Under the pieces are notes generated by a model, which was not told where the DNA came from, searched no databases, and worked only from the letters and a program-made list of their open reading frames with translations. Shown one piece after another: positions 48,526 to 59,947 of a DNA stretch of 64,000 bases (position 1 is its first letter; each line of letters begins with the position of its first letter). Location of the stretch: the NCBI GenBank assembly GCA_039621445.1, contig CP154954.1, positions 2,604,001 through 2,668,000 on the forward strand, given 5' to 3'. The DNA is from Euglena gracilis (taxonomy: Eukaryota). The position numbers and the translations under genes are program-made.

Positions 48526-48905
48526 GGTCATTTTTGCGAAGAAGTTGTAATGGGCCGGAGCTGGGCCAGCAAATGGTTCCCGTACTACGGGACGGGGAGT
48601 TTCGGCATTGTCCTTTCTGGCCTCCCGCCGCATTTCGGCGCCGTTAGCCGGAGGAACCGCTTTTTTTTTCCGGGTCCGCCGCCCTCGAAAACCTCCCTTT
48701 GTGGCAGATGAGCGCTCCGCCGGGTGTCATTGTGAAGAAACTGTGATGGCCGCTGCCGGGGGGCAGTTGTTCCCGTGTGCCACGGAACCTGAAAATTCGG
48801 TCTGACCTTTTCCGGCCTCCCGCCGCAGGCGGCGGGCCGAGGTCCGCGTTTTCGGGTCCGCCGCCCTCGAAAACCCCCGTGGTGGACATCTGAGCGGGCT
48901 CCGCC
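48526..48905 (-). repeat. Two diverged ~190-bp tandem repeats at the CRE-3 5' end
   Basis: Shared blocks gaagaa.(c/t)tgt.atgg, ttcccgt, ggcctcccgccgca, cgggtccgccgccctcgaaaac, tgagcg..ctccgcc in 48526-48720 and 48721-48905. Confidence 0.7.
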
Positions 48906-49744
48906 CGATGGACAGGGCCGTTGGCTGGTATCAAAATGGCGCAGTAGCCAAGCATTTTACCAGCCACTTGAAAAAAGCCACTGGCCAGCCCCCCCCCCCC
49001 CCCGGGAGGGGTTTCGGGGGCCCCCAATGGGAAAAAACCGCCCAACGCCGCGCGCCGAGGCGGAAACGAGGGTTTTAATGTGTTTGCATGATTCTGTTCC
49101 ACAAGAATCCCAAAAATTGCCAAAAATGGGCATCTTCGGCAGGTTCTGGGGGTCCATAAAATTTTTCAGCGCTTTGTGCCGGTCTGGAACAATTTTTCAC
49201 AAGCCAGCCCCCCCGGGGGGGGGGGCAGTTGGATTCCCTGGAAAACTTTGGAGCAACCCCTCCCCCAAATGTGAGCAACCGGTTGCTTATATTTGGGTTT
49301 ACGAGATCAGCTCCAGGGGTTGCTTTCATTTGGGGGTTGCATAAATTTAAAATTTGCTGATCTGTGCCGTGCTTTTTTTTTGCTGTTTTGATTTAAACCA
49401 CCTTCATATCATCCGGGCAGGGGTTGCTGATATTTGGGGGTTGCTTATATTTGGGTGTCGGCCGAAAATCGGCCAAAGAGTTGCTTAAATTTGGAGGTTT
49501 CTGGTAGCAGGGGGTTGCTTGTATTGGGGGGGGGGGTGCAGTCAAGCCCCTCCCCCCGGGGGGTACTACTAACCCCAAGCAGAATCCTGGTCTGGAAAGG
49601 GGCTCATTTGACTGCCTTTCAGAGAGAGACTCGGGCAAGTTGATGGCAGGACGACGGTGTGGGTCGGGGGATGGGATGGGATGGCAGCAAGGATACAATT
49701 CAGCCGGGCAAGCCCTAACTTTGCTGCCCGTCTCCGATCGCAGC

Positions 49745-52053
49745 CTGGGCCAGGTCGCCGATGTACGGCAGGCCAAAGGAGAGTGTTTCCCGGTGGTGGG
49801 CTGCGTGGGGGGCGATGGGAAGGGAAGCGCAATGATAATGTGGGTGGGGGGCATCTCCTCGAAGACCACCTGAAAACCTGAATGACAGCTTTAATCTCAG
49901 AGACAAGTTGTTTCATTACCATGGATGAAACATTGAGGAAAAGGAGAAGGGGGGCACAGCAGGGCTCGATACAATGGCAGGTGGGGGGTCCGGACCCCCC
50001 ACCCGTGCCAACCCCAAGGGGGACACTCCCACCTAAACACAGGAAGAGGGCCATTTTGGCCTGGTGGGAAGCTGCGGGCCAAAAAATTTTGCCTCCCAAA
50101 GTCGACCCAAAATGCCATTTTAGGCACTTTTGGGGGGCAAAAACTTGACAAATTTTGCCCAACGATTTCAGCACAAACTCATGGAAGGAAATTTTCGACC
50201 TGTTTGGGGGAGGTCCTGGGCTGGAACCTCCTTGGGAGGTATGGGGGGTCAAGGAGGGAGGGGAGCTCCACCTCTAACTGTGACACCCTCTTGACATCAA
50301 ACCCTGGGCAGCGTGCTTTTCAGCAGAGAAATCCACTGCAAACACATGCAAATACAGACACACCAGAGAACAGCGCGTCGTTGTTATGATGGATGGAGAC
50401 TGTGGTGCGGTCTGCAAGGGTCCAGCGAAATGCCACAGGCGAAGGAGGGCCCTGTCAGCTCTGCTCCCTCATACAAAAATGTTCCAGGAAAAGATCAGGG
50501 TCCAGTTGCTTTGTGGGCTGTCCACTCTCCAATGCCCCCACCCCCAATGCCACACCAGAAGTGACACCAACCAAGTACCGACCTTGGCCAACCGCAGGCG
50601 CACACAAGCTCATACAACATACAAAAATAGATACATACGCATGCCATTCTGCATCAGACAAGAAGTTTCCGCACAGCTTTTGCGGTGGATGAAGAGGAGG
50701 CTCCAGCAGGCCCTGCGGAAGCTCCATTACCCACCCTGTTGTGCGGAGGCTGCAGGTACCCAGGCTCAATGGAGGTTTCGCGGAGCCTCGGTATTCATCA
50801 CAGGATGATAATAATAAAAATATGTATTTCACTCTACTTGTAAAAAATCACCCCCTGTGGGTTTTGCCAGATAACCCAAAGAGTAGTCAATCAACTTGTG
50901 GGGATCCTCATAACTTGCGGATTCCCCCCATATTTTTAGCCGGATGGGGCGACCCTTTGGGCTTGCTGAGTACCCTGCACAGGCGTAACAGACGGCCATG
51001 GGGGAAGGGCTCAATGAAACCCGAACCAAATACCGTTCAATATCCAAAAAATACTCCCCGTTGGGAAATCACAAAAAAAAACGCACAGGTCCTGAACAAA
51101 ATTTGAGGCCTGGAGGAAGTTCATGAGACTCCACGGAGGCTCCAAATGTCCATGGAGGCTCCACGGGTGAAATGTCCAGCTACCAAATTTGCTGGGGCCA
51201 ACAGAGGCTGCCCTTGGGTGGCGCTCCTTCGGGCACCGTCCCCACTGCGGGCTCCCAGTCGGTGAGGAACATCTCGAACCGCTCGTACACGTCGTCCGGG
51301 AGGTCGGCCCCAGCACTGATCTTCCCCACCCCCAAGCGGTCCGAGGGAGAGTGCTGATCACCCAAAAATGGCCGGGTGCCCATTCGCCAAAGAACGGGGA
51401 AAGTGCGATTGACACGGGGGGTGTGAAATGGACACGCTGTGTCATGCGCACTAAACGCCTATAAAACATTTTGAGGTCAGGAAAAGTGCGGTTGGCACAG
51501 GTGTGTCATGGACAAGGCGTGTCAAGGACAAGGGGGGGAGGCAGCTGGGCAGGATTTGACATAAACCCTTCCAAAATCCGGGGGGGGGGGGGCAGGGTTT
51601 AAAATGGCGGCATTTTTGGTTGGGGCAAGGCGTGTCAAGGACAGGGGGGGGGTACCCGGGCATGTTTGACATAAACCCGGGAGGGGGGGCTCCGGGGGGG
51701 GGGGGGTAGGGTTTAACAACCCCTTAAAGTGGCGCATTTTTGTGGGGGCAGGAAAACAAGCCATTCCAGCGACAAAAGAAAAAACCTGACAGGCGGGGGG
51801 ACGAGCGGGGCTGGGTGGAGCGGTACCCACAGCTCCCGGTCCTGGCGCAGGTTGATGATGACGTCGTAGTCCATGAAGACGTAGTAGAGGTAGCCCCCCT
51901 GCGGCATCCGCACCGACCGCCGCATGGCCTCGTCCAACAGCCGGTTCCGGCCCTGCCACCAAATGGGAAAGGAACACACACACACCACGCGCGCGCGCCG
52001 CGCGCGCGCGCACGCACGCACTCACGCACGCACACAGCAGGCACGCACGCGCC

Positions 52054-52129
<76 letters not shown>

Positions 52130-52603
52130 CCCACGCACGCACTCACTCACGCACACACACGCACCGCACACACACACACACACACACACATGGGTGCATG
52201 CGCACACAAACCGATTCCCACCCTACCTAAGCCTCGGGTCTTTTGGGGTGGGGGTTGCTGCAAACCTCCAGGGCGGTCGTTTGGGGGGGGGGGTCACAGG
52301 TGAAATGATTCTGTTGAACAGTAATGCTGAAACAGACCCAGATGCTCTGCTGCATCCCCAGAGCAGCAAACACTGTCCCCTCCCCCAAGGTCAGGGAAGG
52401 TGCAGGACTCCCCCTTGGATTACCACAATCCCCATACAGGGGCCACGCCTGCGTCCAGGTGGACTTGGGCAGGTAGATGTCCCCGGACCGGTCGGCGTAC
52501 GTCAGCCAAATGATGTCGCGCTGAGGGCTGGGGGAGATCGGGGGGTGCATGGGCTGCACCTTGGGGCCCTGGATCAGGTAGACGAACTTCTTGGGCGGCT
52601 CGT
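49745..52603 (-). CDS. Multi-exon host gene, putative GT-A-fold (DxD) glycosyltransferase-like protein; exons 52603-52449, 51952-51827, 51353-51237, 50451-50364, 49800-49745
   Basis: Phase-consistent splicing with AG acceptors and GT/GC donors gives FVYLIQG...DIIWLTY...PKSTWTQ|GRNRLL...[11 protein letters not shown]...[14 protein letters not shown]|...[21 protein letters not shown]. Family assignment is from motif recall only; 3' exons not found. Confidence 0.7.
51975..52190. repeat. (CA)n/(CGCA)n intronic microsatellite
   Basis: Direct reading. Confidence 0.9.
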
Positions 52604-53535
52604 CTGGGGAGAGAAAGAGCCTTCCGCCTCTTTCACAGCACGCCTGTGGAATCCTGGAAACCTTCATTTGTCAAAATGGTTTGGCGGTCTGAAAGAGCTG
52701 TCCATCTTTGTCTTGATGCTTAAACTTTCCAATAATTTAGCAGAACACTTATTCCTCAATACCCTGGGGATGCGGGCGGGCCTTTGTCCATGTTGATTGA
52801 AACGGTCTATTGTGGATTGAAAAAAACACGGGGTAAAAAAAGAGGGAATGCTGATTAAGAGAATCACAAAAAAAATCCAAACCTGGCTTCTTCTTCTTTT
52901 CTAACCTTGGTCGCCTCCTCCAATGGCAAGCCCGCCAAGAGCCCCCTTCCGGAATGAGGGATTGGCTTTTTGTCCTGGCTGGGGCCGACCCAGCTGAAAC
53001 GGTCATTTTTTTTTTGTCATTTTTTTTTTGTTTTTGTTTCGGGCCGCCCAGTGCCGTCCCATCAGCGGCTGGGAGGGAGGTGCTGTGCATCAAGTGCAGA
53101 GGGTAATGCTGGGGCACTGCCCACCAAGACCTGACCCTGGGAGCCCCCCCCCCCTGCCTGCCTGCCTTTCCCTCCTTAATGAAAAAAAAAATCTGGTTCA
53201 TCGCTCCTTCTCATTCGGGCATTTTTTTCAGGAGCGATAAAATAAAATCCAATGTGCAATCAAATAGAATTCCTTTGCTTGTGATTGCCCCCCCTCTACC
53301 TACTGCTCTTTTCCTCAAATATTCCTCACGATGGCGACAAATTGTGCAGAATGGAAGGCCAAGTTACTGCAACCATTTCTGTTGGTTCGATTTCTGACTT
53401 GGGGAACCGGGGAGAGGAAGGAGCAAACCAGGTTCTTCCATCCAGCGCGATGTGTTAAATGAACCCTGTGGCAGTAGCCAGAGGCAAGGGCATGTTTCAG
53501 CTGAGAAGGAGGAGCGTTCGCACACACAGACACAG

Positions 53536-53616
53536 CACAACACAACACAACACAACACAACACAACACAACACAACACAACACAACACAACACAACACAA
53601 CACAACACAACACAAC
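53536..53616. repeat. (CACAA)n microsatellite
   Basis: About 16 perfect units. Confidence 0.95.
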
Positions 53617-53950
53617 ACACACACATATGCACACACACACTGCACCCAAACATACCACATACTCATGACACGGAGAGGGGCTACCGTACCCAGGGGTTCC
53701 CACATTTGGGGTCCCAGAGCACCCATCCAGACTCCTTCAAAATTTGCAGGCTTTATGACATCCGCATGTTTTTTTCACACCCGTAGACACTAATCCGGCC
53801 GACGCACTCGAATACCTATCCCGGGGAACATAATGGGAACCCACAACCGGTTTCCAGCTTCAGGGACAAATGACAAATGACCGCTTCTTACAGGACCAGG
53901 TGACCATATGCATTGGGGGTTGCATGCACGGATTTGAACCGGTGAAGCAC

Positions 53951-56900
53951 CCCCTTGGCACGGGCGGGGCAGCAGCTGCCGGTCGAACCGACACGGCTGC
54001 TGCCCGCCGTGCAGGACGCAGCGGCGCAGGGCCGGGTCCGCCGGGGCGAAGGAGAGGGGCAGCTCCGGGTCGTTGAAGGGATGAGCCCCGAGGCCCCTCT
54101 CTCCCCCACGACGCCCACCACACCCGGGGGGGGGATGGCAAAATGCTGTCGTGGTCTCCCATGCTCTCCTGCCAATAACGTGAAAGAGTGAGCAAAAGAA
54201 TGGTATGCGGCAGGACGGGCCCACACAAGGCACAGTTGGACACGTCGAACCTGAAAACACACACACAAACACATACGGACACACACACACACAGGCACAA
54301 CAGGAACAACACAGCAGAAGCAGGTGCACACAAAGAGAAGAAAACACAGCAACCAGAGGGCCCCCCGGCACATTGGTACAATACTGGCAGGGCCGGCGCG
54401 CAGTCCCCGGCTGGTCCGCAGGTCTGGTTCCAGTGACCCGCCACGTCAAACACGCCGACCGTGTCCGCCTGGCCCCACTTCAGGGCGAAGTACGGCCGCC
54501 CCCCTTGCTGCCGCGCCGCGTGCTGCCCGCGCCGCTGAGGAGAGGAATGGGGTGCCCGGGGACAAAGAAGGCAAACTGGTGGTGGTGGTCGGAGTCCGCC
54601 CTGGACGCCGCCTCTTTCGGGCAGGCAACCCGCCTTGAAATGTTTCCAGCAGGGTTTGAGGGAGGAGTGCAACGATGCCACTGCTCAGCCGATGCCATGG
54701 CCCTCCCATTCCATGTTCGGGGGTCAGCTCCTGATCAAAGAAATCACGGCCAGAGCTATTTATTTTGGCAGCCCGAAACTACTGGGCCCCCCTGGGGGGG
54801 CCCAGAACTTAATCTGGGGGGGGGGGGTCATCTTCGTTAACCCCCCGGTCCATCTTCTTTTAACCCTCCCCTGTCTGCTGTCGCGCGGGGGGGCCGGGGG
54901 AATCCGTTAGTGTTGGTCGCCCCACGCCTTTCTTCTGGGGTCGCTGGCTGCGGCGACGCGCGCGGGTGGATGGCCCACTGCAGGCTGGATAGAGGGAGGT
55001 AGAGGTCAAAGTCCTCCTCCACCCCTATCTGGCCTCCACCTCTACCTCTACCTCTATCCCTTTACCTCTATCCAGCCCTGCCCACGGGCAACCGCGGGCG
55101 GGCCGACGGGGGCGAGCAGCAGGGGGCAGACAACGGATGGAGACCGACAGACGGACAGGACAGACACAAGGACGTGGCGACAAGCAGGGCAGGGTGGGGG
55201 GGGGGGGGCGGGGGGGAAAGGAAGACCCCTGCCCCGGAGGAACGGGGCAGGAGGGGGGGGGTCCCTCTTCTTTTACCCCCACCCCGGGGGGGTCCACCTT
55301 CTTTCAGGCGGGGGGGGTCTGACTACCCCCCCCCCGGATTAAGTACTGGGCCCCCGGGGGGGGGGGGCAGTAGTTTCGGGCTGCCATTTATTTCTCCCTC
55401 CTTGTTTGGCCTGGAAAGGGCTGAGGCACCCTTGCCATCGACACTGAACGGCCGCTTCGCCCACCCCTCATGCGCGGAAACCCCTTCTTTGGTCACCAAT
55501 GGCTTCGTTCCGCTTCAGATGTGTCGTGCAAACCTGTGCTCTTCGAAAGCCAAGCAAGCTATATGAAAGCTCATCAGCCTGGCATTTGTGGGGCCATCGG
55601 GGGGTGTGGGCAGGGGAACAGATTCTTGAGCAACCTTCCAATGACGCCGCCTCACGCAGCCCCGCTGGGGGGGGGACACACCGGGGGTGGCCAACGACCA
55701 GCTGGGGCCCTCCTCGTCGGGGAGGAGCCGGACGGCGGGGACCGTCCGCAGCCACAGCCCGGCGCGGCTGAGGCGCACCAAGTAGTCCGCCCCAGGCCGC
55801 GGGCGACCTTCTGGGGGGGCCGGGGCGGGGGGGGCTGTGCTCATGGCGCGGGGAAGGTTGGGGGGGGGGGCGGGGGGCAAACACGGTCTGGCCGGGGCCC
55901 TCCTGGGATGCCGGGTAGAAGTTGGGGTCGAACCGGCCAACCCGGGCCACCGCGGGCTGCAGCAGGGCGAAGCAGCGCGGCGGCGAGCGGTCCTTTGGGA
56001 ACGGGCGGCGTTCCCGTGTCTCACTGGGCCGAGGCGTGCGTGTCAGGGAACAAAGAGTCGGAGGGCACAAAGACAAACAAAAAAGCAACAAAGACTGCAC
56101 TGTAACGCATTTGGGGGGCGAACCTGGCCGTGCAGGCAGCTTTTGTGCTCATCAGGCTTTGCTCAAAGACCCCAGGTGTCCGCTACGTAGCCATTTCACC
56201 GGCCACAAGAAAAAAGCCGCTAGCTAGACCCCCCCCTCCTCCCTGCGGGGTCTCGGGGTCCCCCCAACTGGGCGAGTGGGGCACGTCTGGGGTGAAAATT
56301 TTTTTCAGCGCTCTGCAGTCACTGGGGAAAAAACTCCATTATCTTGCCCAACTAGCAGCCCCCTCCCCTGGCAAACTTGGACCACTAATTTCCACTCGCA
56401 AATTTCGACTAACGGCAATGGCGGGTGCTCATCCCAGAATTCGCTCATTCACTTTGGAGGAAAGGAAAAAATGCACCCCCCAAAAAATTTCCCTTGTGGA
56501 AAAAATCTGGGCGTGGAGGCTTGCTGTAAGTTAGCCCTGGAGGACCAAATGATGTGGAGGCAGGGTTCGATATAAGGACAGGTGGGGGGGTCCGGACACC
56601 CCCCCCTGCGGGCCAGGAGGGGGGGGACACCCCCCCCCCACCTAAACAGTGGCGCGGTCCGGGTGACCGATTTTCGGCCCGGCGCAAAGCGCCGGGCCAA
56701 AAATTTGACATCCAGCGAAATCAAAGCGCAAGCAGCACATATGTTTTTCAGCAGGTCAATGGCAGAAAGTACCAAAAACTCCGGCGCGAAGCGCCGGAGG
56801 AAAAAATTGACCCTTTTTGGGGGAGTCCCGGTTACCCCCCCCCGGGGTCGGTCCGGACCCCCCTGGCAAGTGGGGGGGGGGGGTGGTCCAGACCCCCCCC

Positions 56901-57590
56901 ACCAGGCCAGGAGGGGGGTGGGGGGGGGGGCACCCCCCACTTAAACCATGTAAGCCCTCCTTATATCGAACCCTGTGTGTAGGTGGATTACACCAACTGC
57001 ACAAAAATTGAAAAGAAGAAATGTGTTGAAATGAAGAGGAATGGGGAAAAGACTGCTCGGTCCATAACCCGATTGTGTGCAGCGTTCCGCAGACATACAA
57101 TTGCCTGACAGAATTCCTGATTGAGTTCAGACCACAGGCAACTGCTGCATGAACCAAAATGTCAAAGCGGTTTTCCGATGGCACCCGTGCGTCAGGGGGA
57201 AAGCCAATTACTGTGGCGAGGAGAAAGCGTGAATTCATTCAGCCTGCTTCGGGTGGATGTGACGTTGGGGAGGGCATGCTGGGAGACACCTGTCGTTTTT
57301 GTTTGAATGCATTCCACCAACCAACTGCCACACACAAATGGAGCCCAATGCGCGGGCGGCCTTAAGGTGTGTGTAGGCCAGAATTTGGTGCGTTCTCCCG
57401 TGTGCTGCCACTTTGGCCCGCCGACCAGGCAATGGCGTGGCCGGGGGCCAGGAGGACTGCCGGGCTGCGGCCCTGGGCCACCAGCTGCTGTTGCTCCCAC
57501 ACCGCGGCGAGGAACTGGGCGAACCCCCCTGTGGCGAGGCATCGTTGGACAGGGCGTCGCTTGGCAACGCGGGGGTCCAGCTCAAAGGCT
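53951..57590 (-). CDS. Probable upstream exons of the same gene (~57590-57410, ~55990-55885, ~55815-55685, 54534-54385, ~54090-53951)
   Basis: GC3-rich blocks (RPYFALKWGQADTVGVFDVAGHWNQTC; PFNDPELPLSFAPADPALRRCVLHGG). GT donor at 53950 is phase-compatible with the 52603 exon; other borders uncertain. Confidence 0.45.
54767..55385. mobile_element. GGCAGCC-terminal TIR element (MULE-like) enclosing GC-rich sequence
   Basis: ggcagcccgaaactactgggccccc / ...cagtagtttcgggctgcc; flanks atttatttt / atttatttc (8/9). Confidence 0.65.
54981..55080. mobile_element. 100-bp mini copy related to the AGAGGT hAT MITE
   Basis: caggctggatagagg / cctctatccagccctg; shares ggtagaggtcaaag with the reverse complement of 44282-44295; TSD degenerate. 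Confidence 0.6.
56561..56975. mobile_element. hAT-type MITE
   Basis: 18-bp perfect TIR cagggttcgatataagga / tccttatatcgaaccctg; TSD tgtggagg / tgtgtagg (7/8); related relic at ~49960-50306. Confidence 0.85.
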
Positions 57591-57957
57591 GGACAATTTG
57601 GGCTGGCTGGAAAAAGGCTGCTGGCTGCCCCCCCCCCCCCACAGGGGCCCCCCAGCTGGAACTGAGTCACAGTTAGGGTCGAACCGGGTGGCAAAAAAAA
57701 AGCGAAACTTCAAAAACTTCAAAAAAATCTGCCAGTTATGCAAAAAAACTCAGTTTTTTGAAATTTGCCCTGGGCAGCCCAAAATCCGACCCAATTTCGC
57801 CCATTTTTGGCCCATCTTTGCACTCCCAGAAAACCAAAAATCTGTTACGGTCCGGCCGCCCTTCCTGCAGCTGGACAACAATTGAAACTCGTGGACGTTG
57901 GGGAGAGGGGTCCGGGGCTGGGAAAAAAGCTGCTGGCTGAGTGGACCCCTCTTCCCC

Positions 57958-58013
57958 ATTGTATGGCCCCACAACGACGCCCTGGGGTTGGCGTCGTTGT
58001 GGGGCCATACAAT
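57958..58013. repeat. Perfect 24-bp inverted repeat, 8-nt loop
   Basis: attgtatggccccacaacgacgcc-ctggggtt-ggcgtcgttgtggggccatacaat. Confidence 0.9.
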
Positions 58014-59536
58014 CCGGTTGTCAAACAGATGACGTTTCTCGTTTTGGGGGGGGTCCAGGTTGTATGGGAAGGCCTCATTTAAAGGGGGGGGTCGATCCCC
58101 CCCATGGCAGTTCGCAACAAGGAAAAATTTGATCTAAAAATTGGCGCCATGGGAGTACGGGAAGGGATGGGAGTGGGGGGGGGGGGGTTGGACCTCCCCC
58201 ACCAGGATGGCCCATCACACCCCCACATCCGCTCCACCCCCAGCACCCCAGGGTTTCGGGTAGTCCCATGCAGCCCGGCTGTTCCACCAATTTACAAACG
58301 TTTTTTTTGCTTTTGAAGCAAGAACCCAGTCACTAAAACCTTGAGAAAGATACAGTTACGGACCGTCAAAAAAGAAGACGCAAAAGCACAAATAAAAGCA
58401 TACCCCGATTTTGTGCATTCTGGCTGTGTTAAAGCCACAAATTCTTTAAACCAACCAAAGATTTTTGAAAATTTTGAGAAAAATACAAAAAAAATGCAAT
58501 TTGATAGCCAAATAATAAAATAATAAAAAAAAAAAAAAAATATTAATTAGTTCTTTTTTCGCAAACCATTTTTTTTAAAAAAAACTTTCAGTTCTATCTG
58601 GGGGAAACAGGGACACAAGAAAGGTCATCTGACAGAAGAAGCAAACAGCAACTGTGTTCCCGATCAACACCTGTCAACCAAATTTTATCTTCCAAATGCT
58701 TGTCAGAATGAGGCCAAGAACACCAAAGACACGAGGGCAAAATATTCGTGTTGTACAGTGTTCATTGGTCGAACTGGGGCACGATGAAAAAAAAGGGTCC
58801 GCTGGTAACTCAGCATGCAGTAGGTCGGAGCACCTGGAGGAAACACTACACTTTCGTCGAACAGCAGCCACGCCGAGGCGGACGGGTCATATGAGATGGC
58901 AGAATTCCACAGCTCGGCAGGTCCTGCCGAGGCTGCGATCGTTCCTGGAGGCAAAGCGACCTGCACCATCGACGGTGGATTGTGACAAAAGAAGCGCAAG
59001 GGAGGGAATCCCATGAAATGTTGAACTTTGAGAATGAAAAATTCAGGAGGATGCCATTATCCAAGAAACTAGAAAAAAAGACTAACTCCCTTTCGAAATT
59101 TTTTTTGTTTATTTACATATTTTTCTTGCTTTGTCTGGCGTCCTTTGCGTCAATTGCCAAAAAAATGAACGATCGCATGTGGCACCACAAACTGCAAATG
59201 GTGGAATTTAAATCCAGGCTGTGCACAGGTGGGTTGCTTGCTCGCTGAGGGTAACTGCGTGGCTGACAAAAACTGTCAAAGGTGTTCGCTCATAGAAAAA
59301 AAAAACGATTTTCCGGTTTTCAACCACAGTGATGTGAACCCCCTTAAAATTCTGATTTATAAATGGCAGCTTTGAAATTGTGGGCTCTCAAATTGTGGTT
59401 AACTTTTTTTTTCACGCATTATCATCCCCATCCATCCTAATAAAAACCCAAATCCGCACATACTGTGGAGGTGAAAATGGAGAAACTCGGCACGTTCCAG
59501 GGTCATTGAATGGGATCCCTGACCTCCGTCCCCCCC

Positions 59537-59947
<411 letters not shown>

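Larger units (their letters stand above)
44827..48905 (-). mobile_element. CRE-clade RLE non-LTR retrotransposon, family 3, near full length
   Basis: 5' tandem repeats, one long ORF broken into pieces, conserved 3' motif at 44827-44848. No TSD found; 5' limit approximate. Confidence 0.92.

Noticed and set aside
48526-48905. CRE-3 5' repeats as the origin of the 163-bp satellite
   Set aside because: Only short shared words (tggcctcccg; cgtttt.ggg.ccgccg) with different spacing; not significant by eye.
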